NCBI RefSeq assembly: GCF_006345805.1
Contig: NC_042997.1
Span: 114,638,001-114,702,000 of the forward strand
Origin: Octopus sinensis
Taxonomy: Eukaryota
Direction: 5' to 3'
DNA: 64,000 nucleotides
The notes beneath the pieces were generated by a model. That model was not told the origin of the DNA. It searched no databases and saw nothing but the letters and a program-made list of their open reading frames with translations. Every line of letters begins with the position of its first letter. Positions within the stretch are counted from its first letter, which is position 1. The translations under genes and the position numbers were made by a program. Of this stretch, positions 49,149 to 63,092 are shown piece after piece.

Positions 49149-51291
49149 CTGTCAGGAAATAATATTTATAGTAACATTATCGGGTCAAAACCACAAATCG
49201 TACAGAAATCAGAAATTCAATAAACGATCAACATTACCACATAACACTCACTTTCCATACCATTCGATGAAACCAAAGAAAAAAAATCCAACAAAAAAAA
49301 AAAAAGATGGTATATTCACCTGGTGTTAAATGCATATATTACAGAGATTAAAAAAAAATCAAAACAAAAAACAAAAAAATATCAAGAGATGATACTATGA
49401 GTGACAGACTGCATATAATAAAACATATGTAAATGTCTAATACAAGACATTTTCAAATGGTTGATTAAAGAAATCTGGATGGAATATTTTTGCACAAAAA
49501 CTAATCACCCTTCAGCAATTCAGCAACAGCATATCAAATTTCCTAAATCAATGAAACAGAACACAATTTATTTGAATGGGATCAATTGGGAATTATCAAA
49601 CATTATTACAATACATCACATTATAGAGCAAACTTAATGTGCTTGCTTATATCATTATTTAGATGAAATATTATACATTATTATATAATATATACATAGG
49701 TGCCAGTTGATTATGTTTACTTAGTAATCGTCAAACCATTTAATTTTTAGTTCAGAAAAGAGTAAAATACTAGATCTTAGTAGAATACATTATTCTCTGT
49801 ACATTTAGAAAAAAAAAAGGTAAAAACTAGGAAGATACAGCTTAATTTCTAACAAACAAAATAGTATTTACAATAATCTGTCCTAAAAACTGCCACTAAT
49901 AACAGCTATCATAGTGTGTTGGAGTGCTGTGACTGGATGTAGGTTTTCAAGAATTGGTAGAGACGTTATTTTCTTGATAAGATGACATTTATTGTTACTT
50001 GAACAACAAACATTCAAATGTGTACATCTTACAAAATCTATTCACACTTGGTTGAACCAAGCTAGCGGAGGTTTAAACCTTTATAAGAATGCAATCATTA
50101 AACTGCTCCTATTTGCATAAAATTCATGCTTTTTAATAAGTTATATATTTTTAATAATTTGTTGTTCTTATTTCTTAGCACTTGTGCCCATGCTAAGTAG
50201 GGTGCCAAGAGCACCAGCTGAGCATGATCGTTTCCAGAGCAGCCAACTGGCTTCCATGCCGGTGGCACGTAAAAGGGCACTATTTGAGCGTGATCGTTAC
50301 CAACGTCGCCTTACTGGCACCTGTGCCGGTGGCATGTGTAAAAAGATTCGAATGAGGTCATTGCCAGTACCGCCTGACTGGCCCCGTGCCGGTGGCACGT
50401 TAAAAGCACCCACTACACTCCCGGAGTGGTTGGCATTAGGAAGGGCATCCAGCTGTAAAAACTCTGCCAGATCAAGATTGGAGCATGGTGTTGCCATCTG
50501 GTTCACCAGCCCTCAGTCAAAATCGTCCAACTCATGCTAGCATAGAAAGCGGACGTTAAACGATGATGATTGCAGTTAGTTATTAATTTCTTTTCTTACT
50601 TCAATCAAAGAGGGAAAGCAGTCCTTATGACTTTTAACAGGGCCTAAATCAGAAGGGAGGGAGAAAGGCAACCTCAAACCAGTGACCTTGCAAAAGAGTG
50701 GGCTGCACCAAAGATAAGCACATGTACCAAGTAATGGTGTGTTAAAGTAGGTGATTGATTAAGTCTAGCACTCAAATTAATTTTGATTAAGTCTAATATA
50801 ATTATTTTCAACTTGTTTCTATTTATAAACAAACAGTTGAGATACAAAAATTGGTTTTAAATTATTATAAATACCAACGAAAGTTGTGCTCTAAATTTCC
50901 ATTATCATATAGTTTTTGTACCTTATTCTCTGTTAATTTTTCTTTAAATGACGACAGGTAACCCTCACCACAGACACAAACATTATGCAAGCATTGCATT
51001 TAAGAAAATCTACCATGATACAGAATTCCACACTCATTCTCACTGCCTTTCCGCATTTATTGAATCCCATATAATAGAGAAATCATTGGAAATATAGATA
51101 ACATCAGTGAATGTACAGCGAAGTGCCTATTGCTCAAGGGGGAAGTTGTGGGAGATGGAGACCCTGAAAGACATGGGTGAAGTATTGAAGGCTCATCTCA
51201 AATTCTGGACAAAGGACCAAAATATGTGGCATATTTCTGTACTCAAAAAGACCAACCCACCACAACAACAGAATTGATATCCTAAGACCAA

Positions 51292-52042
51292 AGCACTGGG
51301 GATGGTGCCATGTAAAAAGCACTGATGATGGTGCCATGTAAAAAGCACTGATGATGGTAATGGTGCTGTGTAAAAAGCACTGATGATGGTAATGGTGCTG
51401 TGTAAAAAGCACTGATGATGGTGCCGTGTAAAAAGCACTGATGATGGTGCTGTGTAAAAAGCAATGATGATGATGATGATGGTGCCATGTGAAAAGCACT
51501 GAACTGATGATGGTGCCATGTAAAAAGCACTGATGATGGTGCTGCATAAAAAGCACTGATGATGGTGCCATGTAAAAAGCAATGATGATGGTGATGGTGC
51601 CATGTAAAAAGCACTGATGATGGTGCCATGTAAAAAGCAATGATGATGGTGATGGTGCCATGTAAAAAGCACTGATGATGGTGATGGCGCCATGTAAAAA
51701 GCACTGATGATGGTGCCATGTAAAAAGCACTGATGATGGTGATGGTGCCATGTAAAAAGCAATGATGATGGTAATGGTGCCATGTAAAAAGCAATGATGA
51801 TGGCAATGGTGCCATGTAAAAAGCACTGATGATGGTGATGGTGCCATGTAAAAAGCACCGATGATGGTGCCGTGTAAAAAGCACTGATGATGGTGCCATG
51901 TAAAAAGCACTGATGATGGTGCCATGTAAAAAGCACTGATGACGGTGCCATTTAAAAAGCACTGGTGCTGGTGTCGCATAAAATGCACTGGTGATGGTAC
52001 CATGTAAAATGCACTAGTGATGGTGCGATGTAAAAAGCACCC
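51292..52042. repeat. Minisatellite of about 25 units GATGGTGCCATGTAAAAAGCACT+(GAT)n inside an RTE-tail element
   Basis: Tandem array seen directly; continues into aaaagcacccagtacactctgtaaagtggttggcattaggaa, the RTE-type tail. Confidence 0.92.
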
Positions 52043-52560
52043 AGTACACTCTGTAAAGTGGTTGGCATTAGGAAAGGCAGTAGAAACCAGCTGTAGAAAT
52101 CATACCAAAAACAAACTAAGGAACCCAGAGTGGGCCCTGGTCATGCCAGTTCCTGTCAAGCTGTCCAATCCATGACAGCATGGAAAATGGACATTAAATA
52201 ATGAAGATGATGAAATCCACACTGCAACATTTTCAGAAACTGCCACACTCCCATAATATGTGGAAGGTGAGGTGGGGTGGGGTGACACCTGTAAAGTCAC
52301 AACTGAATACATAGCAAAGAAGAGAAAAAAACCCTAACAATATTATTTATGTCGCTGGCCTAAGTTCTGATCACTACTGTCATCTAATTAAAACTGTTAA
52401 AAACATGGTTTGGTATTGGTAGCATGGTGTTTATGTAGCAGCAGGCAGTTGGATAATATATAAGGACCAAATATAGTAGTAGTAGTAGCACTTGATGAAT
52501 AGAAAATATGTTAGAGAAAGTAAAAAAAATAATGAAAATTGTTATCACCTTTTTTCTTAC

Positions 52561-52820
52561 CTGTTTCCTTATAGAAAGATAGGTTTTGTATGGATTTGGA
52601 GGCTTTTCAAGAATGATCGGGTGAGAAGTAGTTGCCTCTGAAATTTGGGTTTGGTCACCTTTTGGCCGTAACTTTCTTTTCCTTGGATGGATATTAAGGT
52701 CTTCAGATTCTTCTCCAGCTGATGATACAGCACTAGTTGTAGAAGATGTAAGTGTTGGAGGAAATTTTTGCCCTTTTAAACTAAGTGTGTCATTTATTTG
52801 TGGTTGAGTATCTAATCCAC
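52561..52820 (-). CDS. ANKRD11/12: ANKRD11/12 exon
   Basis: tttcag / gtaaga; (G)GLDTQPQ...NIHPRKRKLRPK...EKPPNPYKTYLSIRKQ; phase 1 to 0. Confidence 0.93.
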
Positions 52821-53526
52821 CTGAAAATATTTTAATAATAATAATAATCAGAAGAATTATAATAATAAATAACAACAATTATGATAGTTATTTCAAATCT
52901 TTGCCACAAGGGCAGCATGGTGGGGAAGAGCCAATTATATCAACCCCAGTTTTTAACTGGTACTTATTTTATCAAACCTGAAAAGATGAAAGGCAAAGTC
53001 AACATCAGTGGAATTTGAAATCAGAACATAGGGACGGGTGAAATACCTATTTCTTTACTATCCACAAAGGGCTACACACAGAGGGGACAAACAAAGACAG
53101 ACACACGGATTAAGTCGATTACATCGACCCCAGTGTGTAACTGGTACTTATTTAATCAACCCAGAAAGGATGAAAGGCAAAGTCGACCTTGGCGGAATTT
53201 GAATTCAGAATGTAGCGGCAGACGAAATACCGCTAAGCATTTCATCCAGCATGCTAACGATTCTGCCAGCTCACTGCCTTAACAATTAAAATAATAATTG
53301 GTTTCAAATTTGGATACAAGACCGGTAATTTCAAGGGAGGAAACTAGTCGATTACATTGACCACAGTGCGTAACTGGTACTTAATTTATCGACCCTGAAA
53401 GGATGAAAGGTAAAGTCAACACCAGTGGAACTTGAACTCACTCAGCATTTTGCCTGGCATGCTAATGATTCTACCAGCTCACCACCTTAATTATAATAAT
53501 AATAATAATAGTAATAGTAGTAGTTA

Positions 53527-53856
53527 CCAAGAAGACCAGATATGATTATAGAGAACAAAAGAAACAAAGTGTAAGATCATACACTTTGCAATAGCATAAT
53601 AGAGAGGATAGTGAAAAAACTGAGAAATATCAGGACTTAGTCAGAGAGGTGAAGAAATTGTGTAAGACTGAGACAATTATTCCTATGGTGATAGGTACAC
53701 TTGGCCCAACACCCAGACTGCTACATAAAAGGTTGAAGGATATTGGAGTTGAGACCCATATTGTCAACCTGCAGCAACCCTAAGAAAGATTCTTGAGACC
53801 AGAGGAGACTTGTCACCAAATCTCAAGACAACAGCTCTGCTAACTACCAGAGCATG
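53527..53856 (+). mobile_element. 5'-truncated R4/Dong-like non-LTR element (restriction-like endonuclease end)
   Basis: Frameshifted RRPDMII...EKTEKYQDLVREVKKL...IPMVIGTLG...LRKILET, flanked by (TAA/TAG)n. Confidence 0.8.
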
Positions 53857-54091
53857 TAATAGTTATAATGATGATAATCTTTCCTACTAGTGACTCAAGG
53901 TTTGAAGTTTGGTGGGGAAGGAGCTTTGTCGATTACATTGAGTCCAGTGATCAACTGGGACTTATTATATTCACTCCAGAAGGATGAAAGACAAAGTTGA
54001 GCTAGGAGGAATTTGAACTCAGAAAGTAAGGTCAGAAGAAATATCACTGAGTATTTGTTAGTGTGCTAACAATTCTGCCAGCTACAAGCCT

Positions 54092-54123
<32 letters not shown>

Positions 54124-54599
54124 ATAATAATAATTCTTTCTACTATAGACACAAGGCCTGAAATTTGGGGAAGGGGGAGGTCGATTTCATTGACTTCAGT
54201 GCGTAACTGGTACTTATTTAATTGACCCCGAAAAGATGAAAGGCAAAGTCAACCTCGGTGGAATTTGAACTCAGAACATAGCAGCAGATGAAATCTGCTA
54301 AGCATTTCGCTTGGCGTGCTAACGATTCTGCCAACTCGCTGCCTTAATAATAAAAATAATTACTTTTTACTTGCATATACGCCACTTGAGAGCTTTTGAA
54401 TATACTGTTATTAAATGGAAATTATTTAAAAAAAATTCTTAATCACCATCATCACCATTTAACATCTGCTTTCCTTGGTGGCATGGGTTGGATGGTTTGA
54501 CAGAAAACTGGTAAGCTGGGGAGCTGTACCAGGTCCCAAACTGATTCAGCAAGGTTTCTATGGCTGGATGCCCTTCATAACGCCAACCACTCCAAGAGT

Positions 54600-55280
54600 T
54601 TAAATTGCAAGAGAAGACAGAACAGATGGTAGTGACAAAGAAAATCCCAAAATACATGCTGAAAGTGAACAATCAAATCATTAAGCAGCTATCATCCTTT
54701 AACTACCTTGGAACTTTGATCACAGGAGACGCAAGATATGTGAAGGAGATCAAAAGATGACTAGTGCTGGCAAAATTTACATATGCAAAACTGTATAACA
54801 CCTGAGAAACAATACACTGGGCATCAATACCAAGATCCATATATTGAACTGTTGTGTTAAAGTACAGAAGTGAGGAAATGGTCGAGAACATCAGAAGTGA
54901 GAAGCTGCTTGGAGAACTGTGAAATGTGGTTCTTAAAGAGAATATTGAGGATAGCACAGTCAAAGTGTCTAATGAAGTGATGACCTGGGCTGTGGTAAAT
55001 AAAAAAACTATATTGTGAGGTAAGGGCCAAGCAACTGAGATTTCTTGGTCATGTGATGAGAAAAGGGGGCCTGGAGAATTTAGTGATGACCAGAAAGATT
55101 GAAAGGAAAAGAGGCGAAGGAAAGAGAAGGATGATGTGGATGTTAAGTTTAATGAGCTGGTTGGAAAAAAGAGGCATTAAACATCAGGAAATGGAACTGT
55201 TATACAAAACAAAGAACAGAATTGTGGCAGGATATGATTACCTATGTCCTACATTCTGGACATGGTACTGAAAGACAGAG
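54600..55280 (+). mobile_element. Degenerate RTE (BovB-like) fragment
   Basis: FNYLGTLIT and GHVMRKGGLENLVMTRKIERKRG remnants. Confidence 0.7.
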
Positions 55281-57241
55281 AGATCTTAAAAGCATTGTGC
55301 TAACTATTTACCATTTCAAAGTGACATCATAGATCCTTTGTAATGGTGCACTGCATTTACAGATCACAGTAATAATTTTCTTTTTACTTGTTTCAGTCAC
55401 TTGACTGTGGCCATGCTGGAGCACCGCCTTTAGCCGAACAAGTCAACCCCAGGACTTATTCTTTGTAAGTCTAGCACTTATACTATCAGTCTGCTTTGCC
55501 GAACTGCTAAGTTACGAAGACGTAAACACACCAACATCAGTTGTTAAATGATGTCAGGGGGACAAACACACACGTGAGTGTGTGTGAGTATATATATATA
55601 TATATATATATAGACGACGGGCTCCTTTCAGTTTCCGTCTACCAAATCCACTTACAAGGTAGTAGAAGACACTCGCCCAAGGTGTTACGCAGTGGGACTG
55701 AACTCGGAATTATGTGGTTGGGAAGCCAACAGCCACTTACCACACAGCCACACCTACACCTATGTCTGTATTTATGTAATAAAACTGTTCAAATTACAAG
55801 TTCTTACTTTACAAGTAACACTGATTTAAAACCAAGATGACAATTATCTTTCAAGTTCATTTTTCGTTATTCTTTTACTGAATATATTATGAAGAGACAC
55901 TAACTGCAGGAGAAACTATAATTAACTTAATGTGAACATATTTGCAACAATGAGCAGTAAAAAGGTATTTAGAAATAATCATGAGGTGAGGCAAAGATGG
56001 TACTTATTGTCAATGACTTATCATTATTCAGGCAAGTAAGGGAGACAATTCTGGACAGGTTTTGTACCTTAATTGTCTTTCCTTCACTATTTAATTTCTA
56101 ATTAGGTTTTGAATGGACAGTGTGTCATATATATAGCAGTAACTTCATTTGCTATCAACCTTCAGTAAATTCACTCAATTTCCAAGCTAATTCATATATG
56201 AAAAGGCACATGGCCTGGTGGTTGAAGTATTATACTCATAATAGCAAGAGTATGGTTTCAATTCCTGGACTGGACAGTAGGTTGTGTTCTAGAGCAAAAC
56301 ATTTCATTTCACATAGATCCAGTCTACTCAGCTGTAAATGTTTACCAACTAAGGAAATTAATCCTGTGGCAAACAAGCATCTCAGTTGTTTATACACTAT
56401 GGAAATCTGGTTAAGCCCCAGCTTTATGAGCCCCAAGGATTATGACACACCTAAGTCTTCATGAATGGTATTGTACAACTACCATGTGATTCTCACACCA
56501 CTGCTTCAGCAAATATAATGAACTCTATCCCATGATTAATAAGATCCAAACTAAGAGAGATACAGCCAGAGTTATCTCCTGTACTTGCAGCAAGACTAAT
56601 TAAAACATTGTTCGTGATTGACTAATAATAATTAATAGAAGCAGTACACAGCATTTTTGGAATAACTAGAAATGTAAGCACATTTTTCAACCTTGCTGTG
56701 AGAAGCAGATACTGGAGCAGTTAAATCAAACCACATTTTTCTCTTAGTGATCAGTCTGCCTAGTTTCAGTGGTTTTTGCCACCTCATCAGAGGCTGCTTA
56801 CTCATTTTCTTAACCATGGACAATAGCAACAGCTTATAGCTATTTATAGTATATACAAGCTTAGATAAAACTAAACTGGCCTGCCCTAATTTGATATCAG
56901 TGCAACTGTTGACAACATTAATTAATAGAAGGACTCTTAGTGCTTTTAGATAATTACAGATATAAACTCTTTATGTATATCTTTAGTAAACACATTACTA
57001 ATCTTATTATTATTCCATGCTTTTCCAATGCAAGCTAGCAGGGCGCACTCTGAGCATATTAAGTTTTCACAGTGAATGTACTGGTTGCCTCAGACTCTTA
57101 GCAAAGAGTACCTTTCCTAAAACCATGTGGGCTGAAACAACCAGGTGACATGCTCCCATGAAAAACTGCGGAAAACATATATTTAAACCACATATTTTTT
57201 TCTCTCTCTGTGATCATATAAGTAAAGACTGACCTGATTAA

Positions 57242-57460
57242 CCCTTTAGTGTTTGCATTATTCTGCCAAAATTAATGCTTTTTCATCCATATTGCCTTGA
57301 ATTAACCATGCATTATCTTGTAGCTATGAGATTTTGATGAGGTGGCTTAATTTTTAAAACAATATTGTAGGGTTGGTGTGAGAGACCAGATCTGGCCAGT
57401 TTGAACATAAAACAGGCAGAATACTTTTGGCTGGATATGGCCGGTTTAAATGCTAAAGGG
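57242..57460. mobile_element. TTAA/piggyBac-type MITE, family 1
   Basis: ttaa-ccctttag ... tgctaaaggg-ttaa. Confidence 0.85.
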
Positions 57461-60284
57461 TTAATTGTAGCATATTTACTACTCTAACAGGTATCAGCTG
57501 CTCATTTTCCTCACCACACAGGGGCTAGGCATTTATAGCTATTTATAGCAGGCACAAACTGAGCCAGAACAAAACTGTCCTAATTTACATATTTGCCAAT
57601 AAGTTAATCTTTCATCTCTATTGACTAATATTTTCATCATTCCACAATTCATCTCTAATTAGCACTTTAATAATTAGGAGTTTGATTAAATATATTGACA
57701 CTTGACTTTTCTGAACTAATGACTAGAGCATTTTGCAAATTCAGATACATTGAATAGTTAAAGAATATATTTTCATAGTTACTTTTCCCTTTTTGACTAC
57801 AAACTAGCATCATTTGTTGTCAACCAGGCTGTAATTAGTGCCATGTTTCATGGCTAAATGACTGAAGTGCTACCATTTGGTTAGTAGTACAACTACTATT
57901 TCTTATTAAAAACAAAATATCTGCCATGGAATTTTCATGAGGAAAGAGTTTCTAGGAATAACAGTGTTTACAAAATGGACTGATAAAACTGAAATTCTTA
58001 AAAAAATTGTGGAGACCTAAAATGTTTTCAATGTAGAATTGAAAGCCATGCGCCAGTTCTCTCCTATTTTCCTTGAGTTCAGTTAAAGTATTCTGCTGTT
58101 TATACAACAGAAATATGTTGTATAAAAAGATAAACTGGAAGGGTGAACCTTGTTTGAAAGGTGGCAATCTGATTTTGAAACTTTCCTTTCTCATATTTGA
58201 ATCGTCATCATTTAATGCCTGTCTTTTATGCTGACATGAGTTGGACAGTTTGACAGAGCCCTTGGACAGTGTCAAGCACCCATGTCGGCACTTTCTATGG
58301 CTGGATGCCACTTTAAAGTACTGGGCACATTTCTAGACACCAGCACACTAGTGAAGTCACCAAATAATTTACAAGAAGAAAAAAATCCTCCTTGATAGAG
58401 GGGTGGTGGTGGTTGAAAGAGGGGTAAATGGCTTTATACCCTTTATGCCTGATGTTGAAAGGTTACTGTATGATAGAGGGACAAGCATAACTCTTTTGCA
58501 GAGGAGATACACGATCACCCTGAATTATATAAGGATGTATGGGAGGAGCCAAAAAGAAGATAAGGCTAGTGGTGATGAGCTACCAGAGCGAACTCTCAAG
58601 GCAGAAGAAAGTGAGTATAAGAGGGACAGGAGGAGTAGATCAGGGTCAAGTGGAAGAGGGTTGGTCATTTCATAAGGGTGTGAAAGGAAAGTAACTGACG
58701 GTTAGAAGTGGGGGTAGAGGTGAATATAGTGAGTGATGAGCAAGGGCAGAGATGTGGTTGATACTAAATATCAGAATGGATAGAAGGGGTGGGGTAAAAG
58801 TGGTCCGGGGGGGGGGAGAAGGAGATAACAAGCAATAGCACAGGAAAGAAGAGGAGAATTAGTATCATAAACTTGTAGACAGATCAGAAAGGAGGGCATA
58901 AGAGGGAGGAAGAAGAAGATTGAAGTCAGAGGGACATAAGGGTGGCTGCACTGAGTGTGGTGATTACAGAGGCTTCTTTACAATCCTATGAAATCAAAGT
59001 TCTATGCCATAGGTATAACAATAAATCTAAGAACAAATTCAAGTAGCAATACAGAACCTTTGATGGTGAAATTCCATAGTCTCTAACCGATTGCAAACAT
59101 TGGGTACACGAGCTATAATATTCATGTGTGAAAGAAAATTGAAAACAGGTTCTATGTTTACATGCAAAACCTGCTCAGGAAATATCCTTCCTCAAATTGG
59201 CTGCCCCAAGGAAGTAGCTATGGACAAGAATAATCTTAAGGGTTTGAATTGCATTTTGTGAAAACCCTAGAATAGACAAATCTGATGGCCGTTCAGGAAT
59301 TTCAATAAGTTTGGTTTATTATTAATTAAACATTCCTACAACATTTATATGTGAAAAAAGTACTGTGCTAGTGTAAGCACTGAGAATATAAGCTTTTTAA
59401 AAGTTAAGAGGTAGTAATGATAAATATAGCAGAGGCGGTCGGTTGAAGGTAGTTAAGTTTGGAGCACATGGAAAAGGGTAGAAAGTGAATGAAAGTATAC
59501 TATATCCAATCTTTAAGTTGACTCAAAGCAGCATTAAACTGACAATATTAGTGATGTGAAGCACCTCAACATAAATGTTAAAATGGCTCAGAAATTGATA
59601 TGAACAAAGAAGGAAGAGATAACCTTGTTTATTTAGCATACAACCTAACCATCTAGAGTTAAAATATTGTTATATTGCTATATATATATATAAAAAGAAA
59701 ACAAAAAATGGAACAAGGACGTAATGGGTGACAACAAAACATCCAGACAGTCAGACACAACAAGAAAGGAAAGGAAAAAACAAGGACAGGTCATTTGGAG
59801 CTTCCTATCCTCAGCTGAGTTCCAGATCGTCTAAGGATAAGATCTTGAACTTTAACAAGAAAGATAAAAGACCACTTCTCATAAGTGGGTAACATATATA
59901 GGACAATATTTAAACTTAAATTTAATAATGAAATAAATAAAATAAAAGTGCTATTGCAAAGGACATATTTTCAGATATTGCAGTGTAAAATGAACACTGA
60001 ATATTGATTTCAAATTTTGGCTCAAGGCCAGCATGCTCAGGGGATGGAGTGAGTCAATTAACAGATATCTAATAAATGAGAATTACTGCAACAGAAAACA
60101 TTTGAATGCATACGATTCTCAAATGGAAAGCTTATAATTAACAAGTAGTACAGATCTTGTTTCTGAAGTAAATTAAAACCTACTAAATACATTATCTGTT
60201 GGCAGTAATAATTCAACGATGTATGTAAGCTTTATTTACTTTTAATCCCAATCACATTAAAAAGAGGCAAATGTTAACTATTAA

Positions 60285-60961
60285 CCCTTTAGCATTCAGA
60301 TTAGCAAATGTAATATTTATTTAGATTGTTTTAAGTTAATCAGGCATTATTTCATAGTTTCAAGATTTTGATTTGATTCAGTTTTAGAATGACATTGTAA
60401 GGTAGGTGTGAAAAATTGGATGTGGCTGATTGGAACACAAAACAAGTAGAGTGCATGGGCTAGATATGGTCGGTTCAACCCTTTTGTTACCATATTTCTG
60501 CTGAGATGCTCTGTGTTTCTTTCAATTTATTTTAAATATAACAGAAAATTTAGTAAAATAATTTAGTTATCATTCGGCTAATGTTAGGAACATAGATTGT
60601 GACAAAGGTTTGGTGGAAGATTTTAATTCAAAACTTATGAAAATAAGACATTTGCACTACAGAGCCAGAAGTGATTTCAGCCAGGTTGGTAAAGAAAGGG
60701 TTAAGAATTGTTTCTCCATTATATATTTTAACCCTTTTGTTACCATATTTCTGTTGAGATGCTCTGTGTTTCTTTCAATTAATTTTAAATATAACAGAAA
60801 ATTTAGTAAAATAATTTAGTTATCATTAAGCTAGTGTTAGGAATATTAATTGTGACTAAGGTTTGGTGGAAGATTTTAATTTATAACTTTTGAAAACAAG
60901 ACATTTGACTACAGAGCCAGTTTCGGGCGGGTTAGTATCAAAAGGGTTAAATGCTAAAAGG
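60285..60961. mobile_element. Family-1 TTAA MITE containing two family-2 MITEs (60479-60700, 60732-60946)
   Basis: Outer ends ttaaccctttagcatt and atgctaaaaggttaa; inner copies each bounded by (T/C)TAA-type sites. Confidence 0.8.
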
Positions 60962-62689
60962 TTAAAAATTAGAAGAAATAAGAAAAACATTGTTTAAAAA
61001 CGAAAGTTATCAATGGAAAACAATTTTCTTGTAATGGCATATGCATTTTCAATATGTTTAAAGGTGAAACTGGAGGGGGGGTGTCACTGTTATATCTAGA
61101 ATCACTTCCTATCATTAACCACACAGCTATGAAGCAACAGTAGGATTAGTTTTCAGACAAACAAACTATATGCCTTTCCAAAGAGCAAAGCACAATGTTG
61201 CTATTAATTTTATATATTATATAAAGTGCCCATATCATTTGCAGGTCATCCTGGGCAGATACATCAGCTGTAAAAATTTGAACACTCAACCACATGTTCA
61301 AAGGTTGAACTCCTTCACTTTTCAGATCCACTGTGCTTTGTGAGTTTTCATAAACTAATCATACCTGTCATCATATACCACTCACTACAGCCACCCTTAT
61401 GTACCCTAACATCTCCCACCTCACTGCTCCTATGCCTTGCATATCATCCCCCTACCTTCTGATTTATCTTCACACTGATATTTCCCATCAACCACACCTC
61501 CACCCTTGTTCATTATTCACTACATTCACCTCTACCCTCATCTCTAACCATGTTACTCTTCCCTCACACCCTTATGAAACTACCCACTTTCCCACCCTGA
61601 TCTACTGTCCATATCCTCTCTTATGCTCACCTTCATGTACCTTGAGGGTTTGCTCTGGCACCTCAATGCTGTCATATCTGTCTTCTTCCCAACTACTCCC
61701 ACCCTTCTGTAATACGGGGTAGCCATGTAGCTTCTCTCAAGCAAGACACCTGTGCTTGTCCCTCTGTCATACTTTAGCCCCTCAACATCAGGCATAGAGC
61801 CACCCAGCCCTCTCAAATACTCTCCCAGCTTAGTTGTGGGGCCTTTTCCTTTCATCTTTTTGTACCTTGCAAGTTAATCAACACCCCAACTAATACTGGT
61901 AGCATAAAAAAAAGCACCCAATACACTCTGTAATATGGTTAATGTTAGAAAGGGCATTCACTCATGGAAACCATGCCAAAGCTCTCCCTTGGGCTCAGCA
62001 TAGTCCTGCAGCTCATCAGATCCTGTCAAATTGTCAAACCCATGTGGGTACGGAAAACAGTTGTTAAATGTTGATGATGAATCAACTGACATAGGCATTT
62101 TTTTCCCCTCCCTCAAACATTATCCAGAAATGAAAGTTGAGCCATCTACCATATTTCTAGTTAATTTCTTTCCTCCATTACCACATTATAAACATGTTGG
62201 ACTCTCCCACAAATTTTTAGCTTATACTAAAATACAGGAACTATTTAGCAGTTTTAAAGAGGATTATTTATGAACATATCTTTTCAATTATAAGATATGT
62301 TAGTTCATAAGTTGGGTTGAACAACTGTGATTCAGGTCACAAAATTAATAAAGATCCTTCTTAAGTCATACAGACTTAGGGCCAGTTTCCCAGTTTCTAT
62401 GACATATATATTCCCCACTGGATAGGATGCCGGTCTGTTGCAGGATTACTCATTTTTATCAGCTCAGTGGACTGGGGCAAAGTGAAATGAAGAGTTTTGC
62501 TCAAGAACACAATGCATTACCTGGTCCAAGAATTGAAACTACAATCTTAAGTTCAACACCCTAACTAATAACCACTAAGCCTCCATACAAGATTAATAAA
62601 GCTAATGTTTAATCTGATTGTAGATTAACATCTTTTAGATAGATGCAAGCAGAAAATGAGTTGCAGAGGAATGCAGATTTGGGGACTAA

Positions 62690-63092
62690 GGATTAGGTAT
62701 GATGGTATACTGCCTCTCAAGCTTGAGAGGCAGTTGGATGGAACTTACACTTGCCTCCTTATGAGAGCTCAAAATCTCTCGTGGAAGTGTCATCCAACCA
62801 AAGTACAAATATATGGGAAATTACCACCTGTATCATCTCTTGTGAAAAGTAGAAGAGTCCAGTTTGCTGGACAGTGTTGTAGAACTGAAAACGAGGTAAT
62901 TTCTACTCTCCTCTAGAAGCCATCTCCTCGCAATACCAGAGGGCGCACACTCTCCTACCCTGATGTAATCTCCAGGGATACAGGCATCCAGCAACAGGAC
63001 CTCTGTAATGCTATGATGGACCGCGAAGTCTGACGTAACATAGTAAATTCCATTGTCTTGATCACGGTCGAACAATGATGATGATGGTTTAC
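62690..63092 (+). mobile_element. 3' end of a second RTE-group LINE family
   Basis: LDGTYT.LLMRAQNLSWK.HPTK.QIYGKLPPVS...SRRVQFAG; ends in (GAT)n. Confidence 0.8.

Noticed and set aside
51134-52003. Three long His-rich ORFs (226-289 aa) and a CRISPR-like repeat look
   Set aside because: All derive from the intronic minisatellite; the apparent spacers are only (GAT)n variants, and there are no cas genes in this eukaryotic DNA
58400-58960. Purine-rich ORF-bearing blocks (also 9230-9790 and 61399-61860)
   Set aside because: Mutually similar and attached to RTE-tail elements; repeat interiors rather than genes
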